Positions 1 through 9,229 of a stretch of 24,721 bases of DNA are shown piece after piece. This DNA is from a virus (lineage: Duplodnaviria > Caudoviricetes). Below the pieces are notes generated by a model. It was not told the DNA's origin, did not search any database, and saw only the letters and a list, made by a program, of their open reading frames with translations. The first letter of the stretch is position 1. Every line of letters begins with the position of its first letter. The stretch spans positions 1-24,721 of the IMG/VR virus record IMGVR_UViG_3300020045_005344, one strand, 5' to 3'. The translations under genes and the position numbers were made by a program.

Positions 1-668
1 CTCTCTGGTAAACTCTCAAGAGACTTATAATAACTAGCATCTAAGTAGGGGTTGTCTGTCGGTAATGCTGGCACAAACACAAATTCATATTGCTCGTTCT
101 CTTCTGGTGGGAATAAACGCTTAACCCAAATATTCTTTACCCACGCTTCTCCTACCGGGTTACAAGCTGCTAAAAACCTAACATCTTTAATCCCAGACCA
201 TCTAAGACGCTTTCTGAGCTCTCTAAATGTAACAATAGGATTACGATTGATTTCATCTACTCCCATAACTGCAAACTCAACTGATAAATACTTTTCGGGA
301 TCATCTAGGTTTCTGAATGCAATAATGCCTGATCCATACTCAGGCTTTAGTGTGAACTCATGTCTCTGTTGGTTATATTCACCGAGCCATTGAGGAAACT
401 CATATTTAATCTTTGAAAGGTGTCTATCTTCAAGTGAAGGATAGTCTTCACAAAACAACCCAGCTCTCACTCCTTTAATTTGGTACTTAGCAAATAGCTT
501 CATCAACCAATATACCATCATCCATCTAAGCCAGTATGACTTACCGCTTCCTAGACTACCTCCATACAATACAAATTTAAATCTCTTAGATGCTTCTAGG
601 GCTTCTAGTTGTTTAGGGAAGAATTTACATAACTCTGAGAATTTGATCTTTTCACTTTCATTATTCAT
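1..668 (-). CDS. terL: Phage terminase large subunit, N-terminal ATPase part (runs off the left edge)
   Basis: Not in the ORF track; translated by hand from ATG at 668: MNNESEKIKFSELCKFFPKQLEAL...VLYGGSLGSGKS (Walker A)...FAVMGVDE (Walker B)...FLAACNP (motif III)...DNPYL. Overlaps the terS stop. Confidence 0.92.
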   Translation of the reverse strand, partial: MNNESEKIKFSELCKFFPKQLEALEASKRFKFVLYGGSLGSGKSYWLRWMMVYWLMKLFAKYQIKGVRAGLFCEDYPSLEDRHLSKIKYEFPQWLGEYNQQRHEFTLKPEYGSGIIAFRNLDDPEKYLSVEFAVMGVDEINRNPIVTFRELRKRLRWSGIKDVRFLAACNPVGEAWVKNIWVKRLFPPEENEQYEFVFVPALPTDNPYLDASYYKSLESLPE

Positions 669-963
669 CAACGCTTACTATCTTAGATGTTAATTCACCT
701 GATATATTTACACCTTGTCCTGCTTTGTCTTCCGCCATTTCCCATATAGTTTTGTGGTCTACACTGTTTAGAAAGGCTATTCTATCTTCATCAGGCATAC
801 TCTCAAGATATTCTCTAGCATAAGACTTCATTGATTTAGAGCCTTTGGGTCTACCTCCTGGATTAGCATTGTTACCTACCTTGAATACATATTTCCTTAG
901 TTGTGGAGGAACCTTATCATAACGCTTTTCCAGCGATTCTTGCGTTGTTTCTTCATTTTCCAT
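661..963 (-). CDS. terS: Putative terminase small subunit (DUF5681-like)
   Basis: FKVGNNANPGGRPKGSK motif typical of small-subunit N-termini; 100 aa; directly upstream of and overlapping terL. Confidence 0.75.
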   Translation of the reverse strand: MENEETTQESLEKRYDKVPPQLRKYVFKVGNNANPGGRPKGSKSMKSYAREYLESMPDEDRIAFLNSVDHKTIWEMAEDKAGQGVNISGELTSKIVSVDE

Positions 964-2491
964 CTTCTTTTAATTCGCTAATACTTAGTTGTATTGATAA
1001 GAACATTGATGCTGTGCTAACTGCATTTTGTAATACAGTTTTAGTTACCTTTACTGCATCAATGATACCTTCCTTATACATATCTTCCACTACTGTATTA
1101 TCTAATGAGTTATAACCTATTGTCAAGCTGTTTGATTCCTTTATTTTATCAATTATAACATCAGGCGAGCCATTAGAGTTTTCCACAATTTGTCTTAGGG
1201 GAGCTTCGATTGATTTCATGACTAAATTATATCCTTTCTCGTAATCTTCATTAAATGGAGCTGGTATAAATCCTTTGCTAGCGTGAATAAAAGCTACATT
1301 CCCACCCATTACAATACCTTCCTCTAAAGCTCTCTTGGTCTCGTTCACACCATCTTCTATTTTAAGTTTAAGATATTTAATCTCTGTTTCGCTATTAGCT
1401 CCTACTTTAATAACTGCTATGCCGTTCTGTAGTTTAGCTACTCTTTCATCGTATTGGTCTTTCTCCCATTTATTTTCAGTGAGTTCTCTGCGTGTTTTGA
1501 GTGTTGTTATCCAGGTCTTTAAATTACCGGCACCCATTATTACACTAGAATCCTTTTTGGCTACGATTTTCTTTATGTAGCCTAGTTGTATCTTGTCCTT
1601 TTTAATGTCCTTAACCACTTCAGCGCCTGTTAGAGCGCACAAGTCTTCAACACAAAACTTCTTCATGTCCCCTATGCCTGGTGTTTTAATTGCTAGTGCC
1701 TTGAATAGTCCATTAAACTTAGCAAAAGCTAATATGCGTAGCACTGATTCATCTACATCTTCAGCTATGATTAGGAGCTCTTTCTTGCCGTCTTTTACCA
1801 TTTTGTCTATCAAGGGCTTAATCTCTCCAAAGTCTTGTAGTTTGTTTTCTAGTATGAGCACATTCACTTCTTTGAACACAGCTTCTAGTTTCTCGTTGTC
1901 AGTTACCATGTAAGGCGAAAGATAACCTTTGTCAAACTTTAGTCCTTCAGCCACTTCGCTGGTAATACCAAATGCTTGTGACTCTTCTACTGTTACCACA
2001 CTGTCTAGCCCAACCTTTTCAATAGTCTTAGCAATAACCTCTCCTAGCTCTGCACTCTCAGTTGAGATAGTGGCCACTTCTTTTAAGTGTCCTTTAACTG
2101 GCTTAGCCATTTTGGTGAGTTCTGCTGTGATGTCCTTTACCGCAAGCTCCATGCCTTTCTTGATTTGATTAGCATTAAAGCCACGCTCTAGTAGGTTGAG
2201 TCCTGTTTGGCATAGCTCTCGGTATAGGATTGCACATGCTGTACGTCCACCACCTACCTCACTACTTATCTTGCGCACCATGTTACGTACCTTAGTAGCG
2301 CCTTTGTTTTCTATTGGGTCTTTTAGAGTGATGTCTTCAGCTATGCGCTTACCATCGTTGACTATATCCCCGTTAGTAAGGCACACGTTCTTGCCACGTG
2401 GGCCTATCGTAATTGCCATGATGTCTACTACCTTGTTAATCCCATCCAACTGCTTGTGCTTAGCCTTGTTTAGTTCTATTACTTTTGCCAT
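953..2491 (-). CDS. groEL: Phage-encoded group I chaperonin (GroEL/Cpn60-like), divergent ATP-binding motif
   Basis: TIGPRGKNV, VVTVEES, EGLKFDKGYLSPYMVTD, LLIIAEDV, ERVAKLQNGIAVIKVGA, KIED...ALEEGIV.GG and GIIDAVKV motifs. GDGTTT is replaced by GGGRTA and there is no GGM tail. Confidence 0.93.
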   Translation of the reverse strand: MAKVIELNKAKHKQLDGINKVVDIMAITIGPRGKNVCLTNGDIVNDGKRIAEDITLKDPIENKGATKVRNMVRKISSEVGGGRTACAILYRELCQTGLNLLERGFNANQIKKGMELAVKDITAELTKMAKPVKGHLKEVATISTESAELGEVIAKTIEKVGLDSVVTVEESQAFGITSEVAEGLKFDKGYLSPYMVTDNEKLEAVFKEVNVLILENKLQDFGEIKPLIDKMVKDGKKELLIIAEDVDESVLRILAFAKFNGLFKALAIKTPGIGDMKKFCVEDLCALTGAEVVKDIKKDKIQLGYIKKIVAKKDSSVIMGAGNLKTWITTLKTRRELTENKWEKDQYDERVAKLQNGIAVIKVGANSETEIKYLKLKIEDGVNETKRALEEGIVMGGNVAFIHASKGFIPAPFNEDYEKGYNLVMKSIEAPLRQIVENSNGSPDVIIDKIKESNSLTIGYNSLDNTVVEDMYKEGIIDAVKVTKTVLQNAVSTASMFLSIQLSISELKEDGK

Positions 2492-2718
2492 ATGATATTT
2501 GAAAGACTAACTAATTGTAAATCCTCACCATCAAGAGATACCTTGTTGCCGTATTGGTAGGCTATCTCATCACCTTTCTTGAAAGATACTTCCTCATCCT
2601 CTATTTTGCCTTTAAATGGAAACATCAGCGTGCCGATTTTGATGGCGTCTTTGTCAGTGTAGCCACCGATTCCTTCTTCTTGTTTGACTTCCTTTAGTAA
2701 TAGTTTAAACGTTCGCAT
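2479..2718 (-). CDS. groES: GroES/Cpn10-like co-chaperonin (79 aa)
   Basis: C-terminal part of ORF 2479..3144, restarted at ATG 2718. FKKGDEIAYQYGNKVSLDGEDLQLVSLSNII fits the GroES C-terminal pattern; overlaps the groEL start. Confidence 0.72.
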   Translation of the reverse strand: MRTFKLLLKEVKQEEGIGGYTDKDAIKIGTLMFPFKGKIEDEEVSFKKGDEIAYQYGNKVSLDGEDLQLVSLSNIIWQK

Positions 2719-2725
2719 TAAGTTA

Positions 2726-2754
2726 AGTATATAAAATTGAATAATAAATGTAAA
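2726..2754 (-). promoter_or_regulatory. Sigma70-like promoter for groES-groEL-terS-terL, probably giving a leaderless mRNA
   Basis: TTTACA-17 nt-TATACT, then 7 nt to the ATG at 2718; no Shine-Dalgarno. Confidence 0.6.
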
Positions 2755-2789
2755 GGGTTGGGGAGATGCCGAAGCAGAGCTCCCCTTCC
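2752..2789 (-). terminator. Hairpin downstream of the radical SAM gene, probable terminator
   Basis: GGGGAG-ctc-TGC-TTCG-GCA-t-CTCCCC with a UUCG tetraloop right after the stop codon; the U-tract (CTTTACATTT) is weak. Confidence 0.5.
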
Positions 2790-2791
2790 AC

Positions 2792-4330
2792 TTACGATAC
2801 TCGGAACATTCGCGAGGGCAGGATTGGTGTCTGCCCCATTGAGTGTCCAAAGTTGATAGAGGCACAGTCGATGGGCTCGCTCCGCTGATAGTACGGGATG
2901 CCGAGCCTGCCTCGCACGTCCTTCTCCACTTGATTGCGGTGACGAACGAGGTCTTCCGGTGACAGGTGGTCAGTCCACACGTGAGAGATGACCAAAGCGT
3001 TCGGGTCTCCCTTGTAGTAGTCCACCTCGGTCCGGTAGTCCAGTTCCACCTGGTACAGGCGGTCGTGTTCCCCGTTGTAGGCGTGCTTGCAGGTGTAGAC
3101 GAAGGTTGGTTTCCCTTCCAGCGTCTCACCCGTGGGTAGTGCATCGTCGTAGTACGGGCTTCCAGGATAGGGCGTGATGATGGTCACGTCGAAGTCCGGG
3201 GGATTCATGTCGAGCAACCAACGACGTGTCTCGTTGATGGTCTGCTCTGATTCCCCTGGATGTCCAACGCTCATCAGTGCCTTCACCTCTAGGCCGTACT
3301 TGCGGGCGATTTCCACACAGCGGGTATTGTCCTCGCGTGTTGCACGCTTCTTGATGTTCGAGAGGATTCGCGGTGAACCCGACTCAAACCCAATGAGGAT
3401 TTTGCGATAACCCGCCTCGTACATCGCCTTGGCCTGGTCTTCGTTGAACAACTGAGACTTCAGGAAGCCGCGAAGCTTCCAAGTCGTCCCAAGGTCCCGT
3501 TGGGTCTTGGTAATCTTCTCCAAGAACTCCAGGAACTCCTTGTTAACGAGGTTTTGCTCGTCGTCCGAGAACATGAAGCCACGGATGCCGTGAACACGGT
3601 GCATGTGCACCATCTCCTCGATAACCGCATCAGCCCCACGTGTACGAATGTTGCGGAAGCTGGGCGAGTTGCGACCCGCACAGAAACCACACTCGAACGG
3701 ACAGCCGAGCTGCGCCACGATAGACGTTGCCTTGACGCCCTCGATGACGTAGTTGTAGCTGTCGAGGTCCACGAGATGCCGAGCCGGAATCACCGAGTCG
3801 TTCAGCTGTTGTGGGGTCAGGAAGAGAGAATTTCGTTGTCCCTCGTCCTTGAACCCATCAGCGTGCACAACCTTAGGTGCTCCGAACTTGGCTGCCTCGA
3901 AGATGGCGTTTTCGCCGTCGCCTGCCACCAGAGTGCTGAAGATAGACTCAAGGCGTTCAGCCGCGCGGTGAGCACGACCAACCCGTCCCTGTTTCTGTTC
4001 AACTCTCTTAGCAGCATACACCAGCGTTACGTGCGGACCTCCCAGGATGATGTGGGAGAACCTGTCCGCCGAGCGAATCGCGGCTGCAATCTCCACCGCA
4101 GCGGGAAGCTGGGGCGTAGTAGCAGTGATGCCGTAGACATGGTCTCCGACATTTTCAGCGTATTCAGCCACGACCTTCCCATAGTTTGAGTAACCGCAGA
4201 GGTCCAAGTGAGCCACGCTCCACCCAGCCCTCTCCAGTGACCCAGCAACCTTGAGAATGCCGAGGCTGGGGAAGACCCGCTCGTCCATCAGAAATACTGA
4301 CGGCGGGGTAATCAGGGTGATGCTTCGCAC
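2792..4330 (-). CDS. Cobalamin-binding radical SAM protein (class B methyltransferase-like)
   Basis: N-terminal B12-binding domain (PSLGILKVAG, YGITATTPQ, IILGGPHVT, GDGE); CxxxCxxC in GCPFECGFC; IGFESGSPRIL, VGHPGES, TPYPGSP. GTG start with AGGAGG upstream. GC-rich (34/60 in line 3601). Confidence 0.9.
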   Translation of the reverse strand: MRSITLITPPSVFLMDERVFPSLGILKVAGSLERAGWSVAHLDLCGYSNYGKVVAEYAENVGDHVYGITATTPQLPAAVEIAAAIRSADRFSHIILGGPHVTLVYAAKRVEQKQGRVGRAHRAAERLESIFSTLVAGDGENAIFEAAKFGAPKVVHADGFKDEGQRNSLFLTPQQLNDSVIPARHLVDLDSYNYVIEGVKATSIVAQLGCPFECGFCAGRNSPSFRNIRTRGADAVIEEMVHMHRVHGIRGFMFSDDEQNLVNKEFLEFLEKITKTQRDLGTTWKLRGFLKSQLFNEDQAKAMYEAGYRKILIGFESGSPRILSNIKKRATREDNTRCVEIARKYGLEVKALMSVGHPGESEQTINETRRWLLDMNPPDFDVTIITPYPGSPYYDDALPTGETLEGKPTFVYTCKHAYNGEHDRLYQVELDYRTEVDYYKGDPNALVISHVWTDHLSPEDLVRHRNQVEKDVRGRLGIPYYQRSEPIDCASINFGHSMGQTPILPSRMFRVS

Positions 4331-4354
4331 TGTGCCTCCTTTACAAAGAACTGC

Positions 4355-5278
4355 CTATATTTTACAACACTTTTCCATGAGCTTCACGAGGTCGAGCTCG
4401 TCTAAGCTCATAGTCTGCGCTCTAGCATATAGGTCACTTTGGGTTAGGAGTTCTTCCGTAACGTCACTCCAGTCATCTACAAACAACACAGGAAAGCCTG
4501 CCATTAACTTCTCATAATAGGGATGTCGTTTCATTACAGGCACACGGCGGAGGTATAGGGCTTCCCATACTCTATGAGTATCCATTCCGTGGCCTTGGGG
4601 ACACAGCATATACTTGTGGTTCTTTATTTCATCTAGGAAGTCTTGGTACTTCTCATAAGGAAAGAACTTAGAGTTCTCATCAAAGCGTGTCGTAACCCAA
4701 TTATTAGTCTCAAACTTAGCTATCGGTTGGCGGTCAGGGTTTCTGCCTATGCCCATGTTTATGTACAGTAATTTTTTGGGTTCTGTATCGTCACCTATAT
4801 TCTGTAGCATTATGTCTAATCTATTATCCTCGTCTGTCATCTTGCGTTGTAAGCCAAACGGGAATGGAACCACTTGGTCAGTGTTATATACTGCGTTGAC
4901 TGCAAATACCTTAGCGACATTTAGGGGTAGTTGTATCTGGTCGTCTATTGGGGTGTCTTCTTGACCTGTGAAAATAATGAAGCCATTGGAAGGAAGTAAG
5001 GAACATAGAGCCAATAGGTTATTAGTCATCATTAGGAAGTTAACAAAACTTTTGTCGTTGTCTGTGTCGGTTTTAACAGGTCGAGCGTAGAGACGTAGGT
5101 TATCTATATAGAGAGTCATAAACTTACCTTCAAACTCTTTGGCCTTGTCTAGGAACTCTCGATTATTAGCATTGGCAAACTTAGTAAACGCACCTGGTAA
5201 TGTATTCCACAAAGAAAAGTGGTCTCCGAATGAGTAGTCAACTGCTTTAGATACATTGTCCCCTGTTATGATTTGCAT
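4355..5278 (-). CDS. Exostosin-like (GT47-related) glycosyltransferase
   Basis: C-terminal KYMLCPQGHGMDTHRVWEALYLRRVPV fits the exostosin-type CPxGxGxDxxRxWEAL pattern. Confidence 0.7.
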   Translation of the reverse strand: MQIITGDNVSKAVDYSFGDHFSLWNTLPGAFTKFANANNREFLDKAKEFEGKFMTLYIDNLRLYARPVKTDTDNDKSFVNFLMMTNNLLALCSLLPSNGFIIFTGQEDTPIDDQIQLPLNVAKVFAVNAVYNTDQVVPFPFGLQRKMTDEDNRLDIMLQNIGDDTEPKKLLYINMGIGRNPDRQPIAKFETNNWVTTRFDENSKFFPYEKYQDFLDEIKNHKYMLCPQGHGMDTHRVWEALYLRRVPVMKRHPYYEKLMAGFPVLFVDDWSDVTEELLTQSDLYARAQTMSLDELDLVKLMEKCCKI

Positions 5279-6039
5279 AGGTGCTTGTATTTCTCTTTAT
5301 TATCCTTTAACCATTGTGGCCATTCAACTTCTGTGACTACAAATTGATACGGCACACCTTGATAGTTGTACGGGCGGCCCAAGAAGTCGTAGCCCTTTTC
5401 CATCCTATCCTTGATTCCATAGCCCTCGAACTTAGAGAGCATCGGGATGACTTCGTTGGAGTGGTCGTAGGCTTCGAGCTTCTTGATTATCTGTTCTACT
5501 CCCCCTTGGTTAGAAAAGTGCCAACCTCCATCTCGTAGAGGGTAAGGTTTCACAGTCCGATTACGCTTATTAAAGTTCGGTCCAATGTTCTTTATCTTGG
5601 TCATCAAAGTACCAGTCCATTCTTCGTTGGATAGGTAGTTTAAATAGTAGGAGTAGTTGTGTTGAATCAGCGTGTGCGGGTCATCGTCAACTTTACTTAG
5701 TATTTCAGGATTCCATATCTCGTCTAGGTCGGAGCAGAAAGCTATGTCATCATCTTTAAATTCTTGTAGTTTATCCTCAATAGCATCGTAGCAGAGGTAG
5801 TGGCGTCTAAATAGGTTCCCATCGTCTACTTCCATGTTTGGTACAACTATGTGTATTATCTTATCGTTCCACTTGGCGAACCGCTCTTTGTTTTCAAAGT
5901 AATACAGGGGTTTGGAGTTACCGCTAAAGGTTTGGTGGGATTCTACAAGAATGAACTTGTCTACGTAAGGACCGAGAATATCGAACCTGAGTTCTAGTAA
6001 ATCCAACTCGTTGAAAAATGTAAATGCGTCTATGACCAT
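5266..6039 (-). CDS. GT17-family glycosyltransferase (MGAT3/beta-1,4-GlcNAc transferase-like)
   Basis: IDAFTFFNELDLLELR, VDKFILVES..TFSG..KPLYY, SDLDEI and GGWHFS motifs. Confidence 0.85.
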   Translation of the reverse strand: MVIDAFTFFNELDLLELRFDILGPYVDKFILVESHQTFSGNSKPLYYFENKERFAKWNDKIIHIVVPNMEVDDGNLFRRHYLCYDAIEDKLQEFKDDDIAFCSDLDEIWNPEILSKVDDDPHTLIQHNYSYYLNYLSNEEWTGTLMTKIKNIGPNFNKRNRTVKPYPLRDGGWHFSNQGGVEQIIKKLEAYDHSNEVIPMLSKFEGYGIKDRMEKGYDFLGRPYNYQGVPYQFVVTEVEWPQWLKDNKEKYKHLCKS

Positions 6040-6686
6040 ATTGTATACAAAGCCCGCTCCACGACCATCGCTTCGCCGGGGTATCTATCCCATTCTAAAT
6101 ACGACCTTAGCTCTTCGTAAAATGACTTTGGGTGTTTCAATATGTTTTCTTTCGGTAAAATATAGTTACTTCCGGGAGCGAAAGGTAGATACTTCATTTT
6201 ATCAATTCCTAAAAGTTTAAGCAAGGGAAAATCATAGTACGTATCAGCAAAGCACCACTGCGGGTCTTTAGTTGGGTGTGATTTTAAAAACGCTGGATAG
6301 TGCAGTTCGTAATACATACCGTCTTTGTAATACGAAAATGGTACTGGCGGTTCCCAGCCCTGTTGGACAAGTATGTTAGTATCACACATTATTTCGGGGT
6401 GGCCTTGAGTAAACAATGGTGTGAATGTAGTGTTATCTTTTACCTTATCGAACTCTACCTTGGTAATGTATTTGGGTAGGTTCGCCTTGGAGTAAAGGGC
6501 GACATCAGGTAGGTTGTCGTAGTTGTCAATGATGTAAGTAAATTTATCGTAGATGTCTGTACCGATGTTGGGTACAACAATACTTCCCTCTAATGGGATT
6601 TCACTGCGGTCGTAAAGAACCACGTCATCTGTGTATTCCTTGACCCACTCTATATCGTGATTGTAGCGTGAGAGAATGTACTTCAT
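6030..6686 (-). CDS. DUF3431-family protein (putative glycosyltransferase-like)
   Basis: SRYNHDIEW, YIIDNYDNLPD, FAPG...KENILKHPKSFY and ERA..IW motifs. Start moved to ATG 6686 (ATGA overlap with the upstream stop). Confidence 0.7.
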   Translation of the reverse strand: MKYILSRYNHDIEWVKEYTDDVVLYDRSEIPLEGSIVVPNIGTDIYDKFTYIIDNYDNLPDVALYSKANLPKYITKVEFDKVKDNTTFTPLFTQGHPEIMCDTNILVQQGWEPPVPFSYYKDGMYYELHYPAFLKSHPTKDPQWCFADTYYDFPLLKLLGIDKMKYLPFAPGSNYILPKENILKHPKSFYEELRSYLEWDRYPGEAMVVERALYTIWS

Positions 6687-7450
6687 ATATACGTGAACGC
6701 TTTGTAATAGTTCTGTGGATAGTCCCACTTCTTTATGTTGTAGCGATTCCAATATCGTGGAGCTATTGTTAGTCCGCCATTCATAAGGCGAGGTAAAACA
6801 TAAAAAGAAGAGTTGGCTATAATGGCATACTTAGCCCACCTTACTGCTTGCCAGTTTTTCTCTACATCGTGAATGATGTTAGCTAGTGGAAAGAACTGTT
6901 TAGCTAAGATAGGGTCGTCAGTGTGAACCTCGAATCTCATTAAAGGATTTATGTACATCATCTGTTGCATTGCGCGGTCGTAGTATTCTTGCGGTAAACC
7001 AAGTTCGGGTACAGTGTAGTATTCCCCACCACGAAAACCTATTACGCATGTGTCATCAGGAACGTCTAACGGCTTGGTTGCTAACCATTCCTTTATGTCA
7101 TCTAGGTGGTCTATAAAATACTTCTCATCTTCAAAGTTGCCATCTATAATGGTATCGTCTTCTACAAAGTTAAAATCAGGGTCATAGGTGTTTTTATCCC
7201 ATTCTTCCCATAAAGCAAGTTTTTTTTGTGGGTGAATTATACCTGTAATTTTACCTGACGGTTCTTCTGTGATAAATTTTAAATCAATATCATAACCCAA
7301 ATCCAAATTCATAAAGGAAGAACCTTTAAATCCCTGAGTATTTATCATTGAAAAATCATAACCTTTCTCTTTGGCCAACACCCTAGTAGCTACATACCTA
7401 TGTAGTTGGTTGCCTAGCCCACTTCCTTTGTGAAATATGCCGTAAATCAT
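6683..7450 (-). CDS. GT11-like glycosyltransferase (alpha-1,2-fucosyltransferase family), variant donor motif
   Basis: GSGLGNQL, GNFEDEKYF, GFRGGEY (variant of HxRRGDY) and IIANSSF motifs. Confidence 0.75.
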   Translation of the reverse strand: MIYGIFHKGSGLGNQLHRYVATRVLAKEKGYDFSMINTQGFKGSSFMNLDLGYDIDLKFITEEPSGKITGIIHPQKKLALWEEWDKNTYDPDFNFVEDDTIIDGNFEDEKYFIDHLDDIKEWLATKPLDVPDDTCVIGFRGGEYYTVPELGLPQEYYDRAMQQMMYINPLMRFEVHTDDPILAKQFFPLANIIHDVEKNWQAVRWAKYAIIANSSFYVLPRLMNGGLTIAPRYWNRYNIKKWDYPQNYYKAFTYI

Positions 7451-8079
7451 TTCATTAAAGCTCTATACTGCTCATTACGACCTGGGTAATTGTCTGCCAT
7501 ATGGAAAGCAAAAGGTGATTCTACGTCTTGATTCTCTGGTATATCCATCTCTCTACTAAAGTATTTAGCCATCTCTATTGGAGCATAGCGTGCCCCATAG
7601 TGTTGAAAAAGCCTGCGGTTATGACAGGTTAAGAATCCATCCTCGTTAGTATTACCAAAATAAGAACGCCACGTTACCTCTAGTTGATAGGGTAAGTGCA
7701 ACATCTCTTTACTACGTATGCTGACACTGTTACCCACCCGTACTATCTCGCCATCTGGTGTCCGGTAAGAGTAGTCATCAGTCGGTAGGGGCCACGGTGC
7801 ACCGATATAGTCGTAGTTTAGAAATTCCGGCTTCCACGATTCAGGATTCACTACAAAGCCATCGGGGTGTACTAGCATACAGAAATCTGTATCTACAAAC
7901 TTTCGTAAATCAAATATGATAGCGTGGTTCCACTCATCGATACTGTTGCATTGAATATGTGTAATGAGTTTAACTGCCCCCCACGTTATGCCTTTACTGC
8001 TCTGCTCTAGGGCGTTATACATTCCCTCTATGTTCTTTGTGCCTAGGGCTATGAGTGTGACTCTAGGAAGTTGAAGCAT
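7447..8079 (-). CDS. DUF5672-family protein (putative glycosyltransferase)
   Basis: LVHPDGFV, FLNYDYIGAPW, VGNS.SIRSK, NEDGF and FAFH motifs. Confidence 0.72.
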   Translation of the reverse strand: MLQLPRVTLIALGTKNIEGMYNALEQSSKGITWGAVKLITHIQCNSIDEWNHAIIFDLRKFVDTDFCMLVHPDGFVVNPESWKPEFLNYDYIGAPWPLPTDDYSYRTPDGEIVRVGNSVSIRSKEMLHLPYQLEVTWRSYFGNTNEDGFLTCHNRRLFQHYGARYAPIEMAKYFSREMDIPENQDVESPFAFHMADNYPGRNEQYRALMK

Positions 8080-9229
8080 AGTAATCTTTAAAAACTTTAA
8101 TAATATAATCTAAGTCAGATTTTTTAAGCCTAGGATGAACTGTTATCCAAAAAGAGTGTTTGAGTATTACGTCTGCCTCTCTTAAAACTCCACTTACTTT
8201 ATACTCACTGTCTTTGTAGGCTGGATGCTTGGTAATGTCGCCTGAGAACATACTGCGAGTTTCTATCCCATGTTTTTCCAAGTGTGCTACCAGGGGTCCC
8301 CTCTTACCAACAGTGCTTAATGGAAAGGCAAACCAACACACATCGGCTTCAGGCAACCATTCTGGCATTATTAAGTTTTCTACTTCTCTTAGATTCTCGT
8401 ACAGATAATTAAAGTTCTTCTTTCTAAGCCTCTTTATCTTATTAGACTTACGTAACTGCACTCTACCCATAGCTGCTTGAAGCTCTAGGATTTGGAAGTT
8501 GTAGCCGATTTTGTCGTAGACGAACCTTGGGTTGTAGTCTTGCGGGAGTGCTTTGTATTTATTCGGGTTAGTTGTATTAGCTTGCCGTCCCCAATCACGG
8601 TATATTCTAATTTTTTCGGCGAGCTCTTTCGAGTTAGTGAAGATTCCCCCACCCACTCCCATGGAGACGATGTGAGCAGCATGGAAAGAGGTAATCGAGA
8701 CATCACCAAAGGACCCAACTTTTCTTCCGTTAATTGTGCTTCCCCAGCCGTCGCAATTATCTTCGATGACTTTGACATTATGTTTCTTAGCCACCTTCAT
8801 TAGTTTAGGCATATCACAGGGATTGCCCACTGCATGAACGGCTATTATTGCACCCGTTTTACTTGTAATCGCACGTTCGACTTCTTCTACGTCAAAGTTA
8901 TATGTGCCTATCTTAGCATCCACCACAACAGGAACCAGATTGCACTGGAGTATGATATTGAAAATAGTTGGAAAAGTAACGGCTGAGATGATAACTTCCG
9001 ACCCTTTAGGAAGCTCCAAAGCAGATAGAGCAAGTAACCCAGCACAAGAACCAGAGGTAGTGAGTACACCATATTTAACTCCAAGAAATTTAGCAGCTTC
9101 TTCCTCCATCGCTTTCGCTTCGGGACCAGTCTGCCAATTCCCTGTCTTATTAGACTTGTAAATCGACTTTATAATTGCTTGCATTTCAGCTTTACCCGTT
9201 AGGGCACCGCCGTATCTTAGGTCTCTCAT
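8063..9229 (-). CDS. DegT/DnrJ-fold PLP/PMP enzyme, RfbH/ColD-type NDP-4-keto-6-deoxyhexose 3-dehydratase
   Basis: VHAVGNP, IEDNCD, SFHAAHIVSMGVGG (His at the usual Schiff-base Lys position), RDWGR, GYN and GIETR motifs. Confidence 0.82.
   Translation of the reverse strand: MRDLRYGGALTGKAEMQAIIKSIYKSNKTGNWQTGPEAKAMEEEAAKFLGVKYGVLTTSGSCAGLLALSALELPKGSEVIISAVTFPTIFNIILQCNLVPVVVDAKIGTYNFDVEEVERAITSKTGAIIAVHAVGNPCDMPKLMKVAKKHNVKVIEDNCDGWGSTINGRKVGSFGDVSITSFHAAHIVSMGVGGGIFTNSKELAEKIRIYRDWGRQANTTNPNKYKALPQDYNPRFVYDKIGYNFQILELQAAMGRVQLRKSNKIKRLRKKNFNYLYENLREVENLIMPEWLPEADVCWFAFPLSTVGKRGPLVAHLEKHGIETRSMFSGDITKHPAYKDSEYKVSGVLREADVILKHSFWITVHPRLKKSDLDYIIKVFKDYYASTS

Noticed and set aside
605-661. terL start at the TAATG overlap (ATG 661)
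   Set aside because: That frame stops at 605-607; the terminase motifs are in the frame starting at ATG 668.
2719-3144. N-terminal 142 aa of the listed 221-aa ORF 2479..3144
   Set aside because: It is an alternative frame overlapping the radical SAM gene and its hairpin. Only the last 79 aa resemble GroES, and they have their own promoter.
3500-4189. 229-aa plus-strand ORF, and the other plus-strand ORFs such as 22240..22866
   Set aside because: These are antisense shadows of well-supported minus-strand genes, longest where GC is high, with no recognisable motifs.
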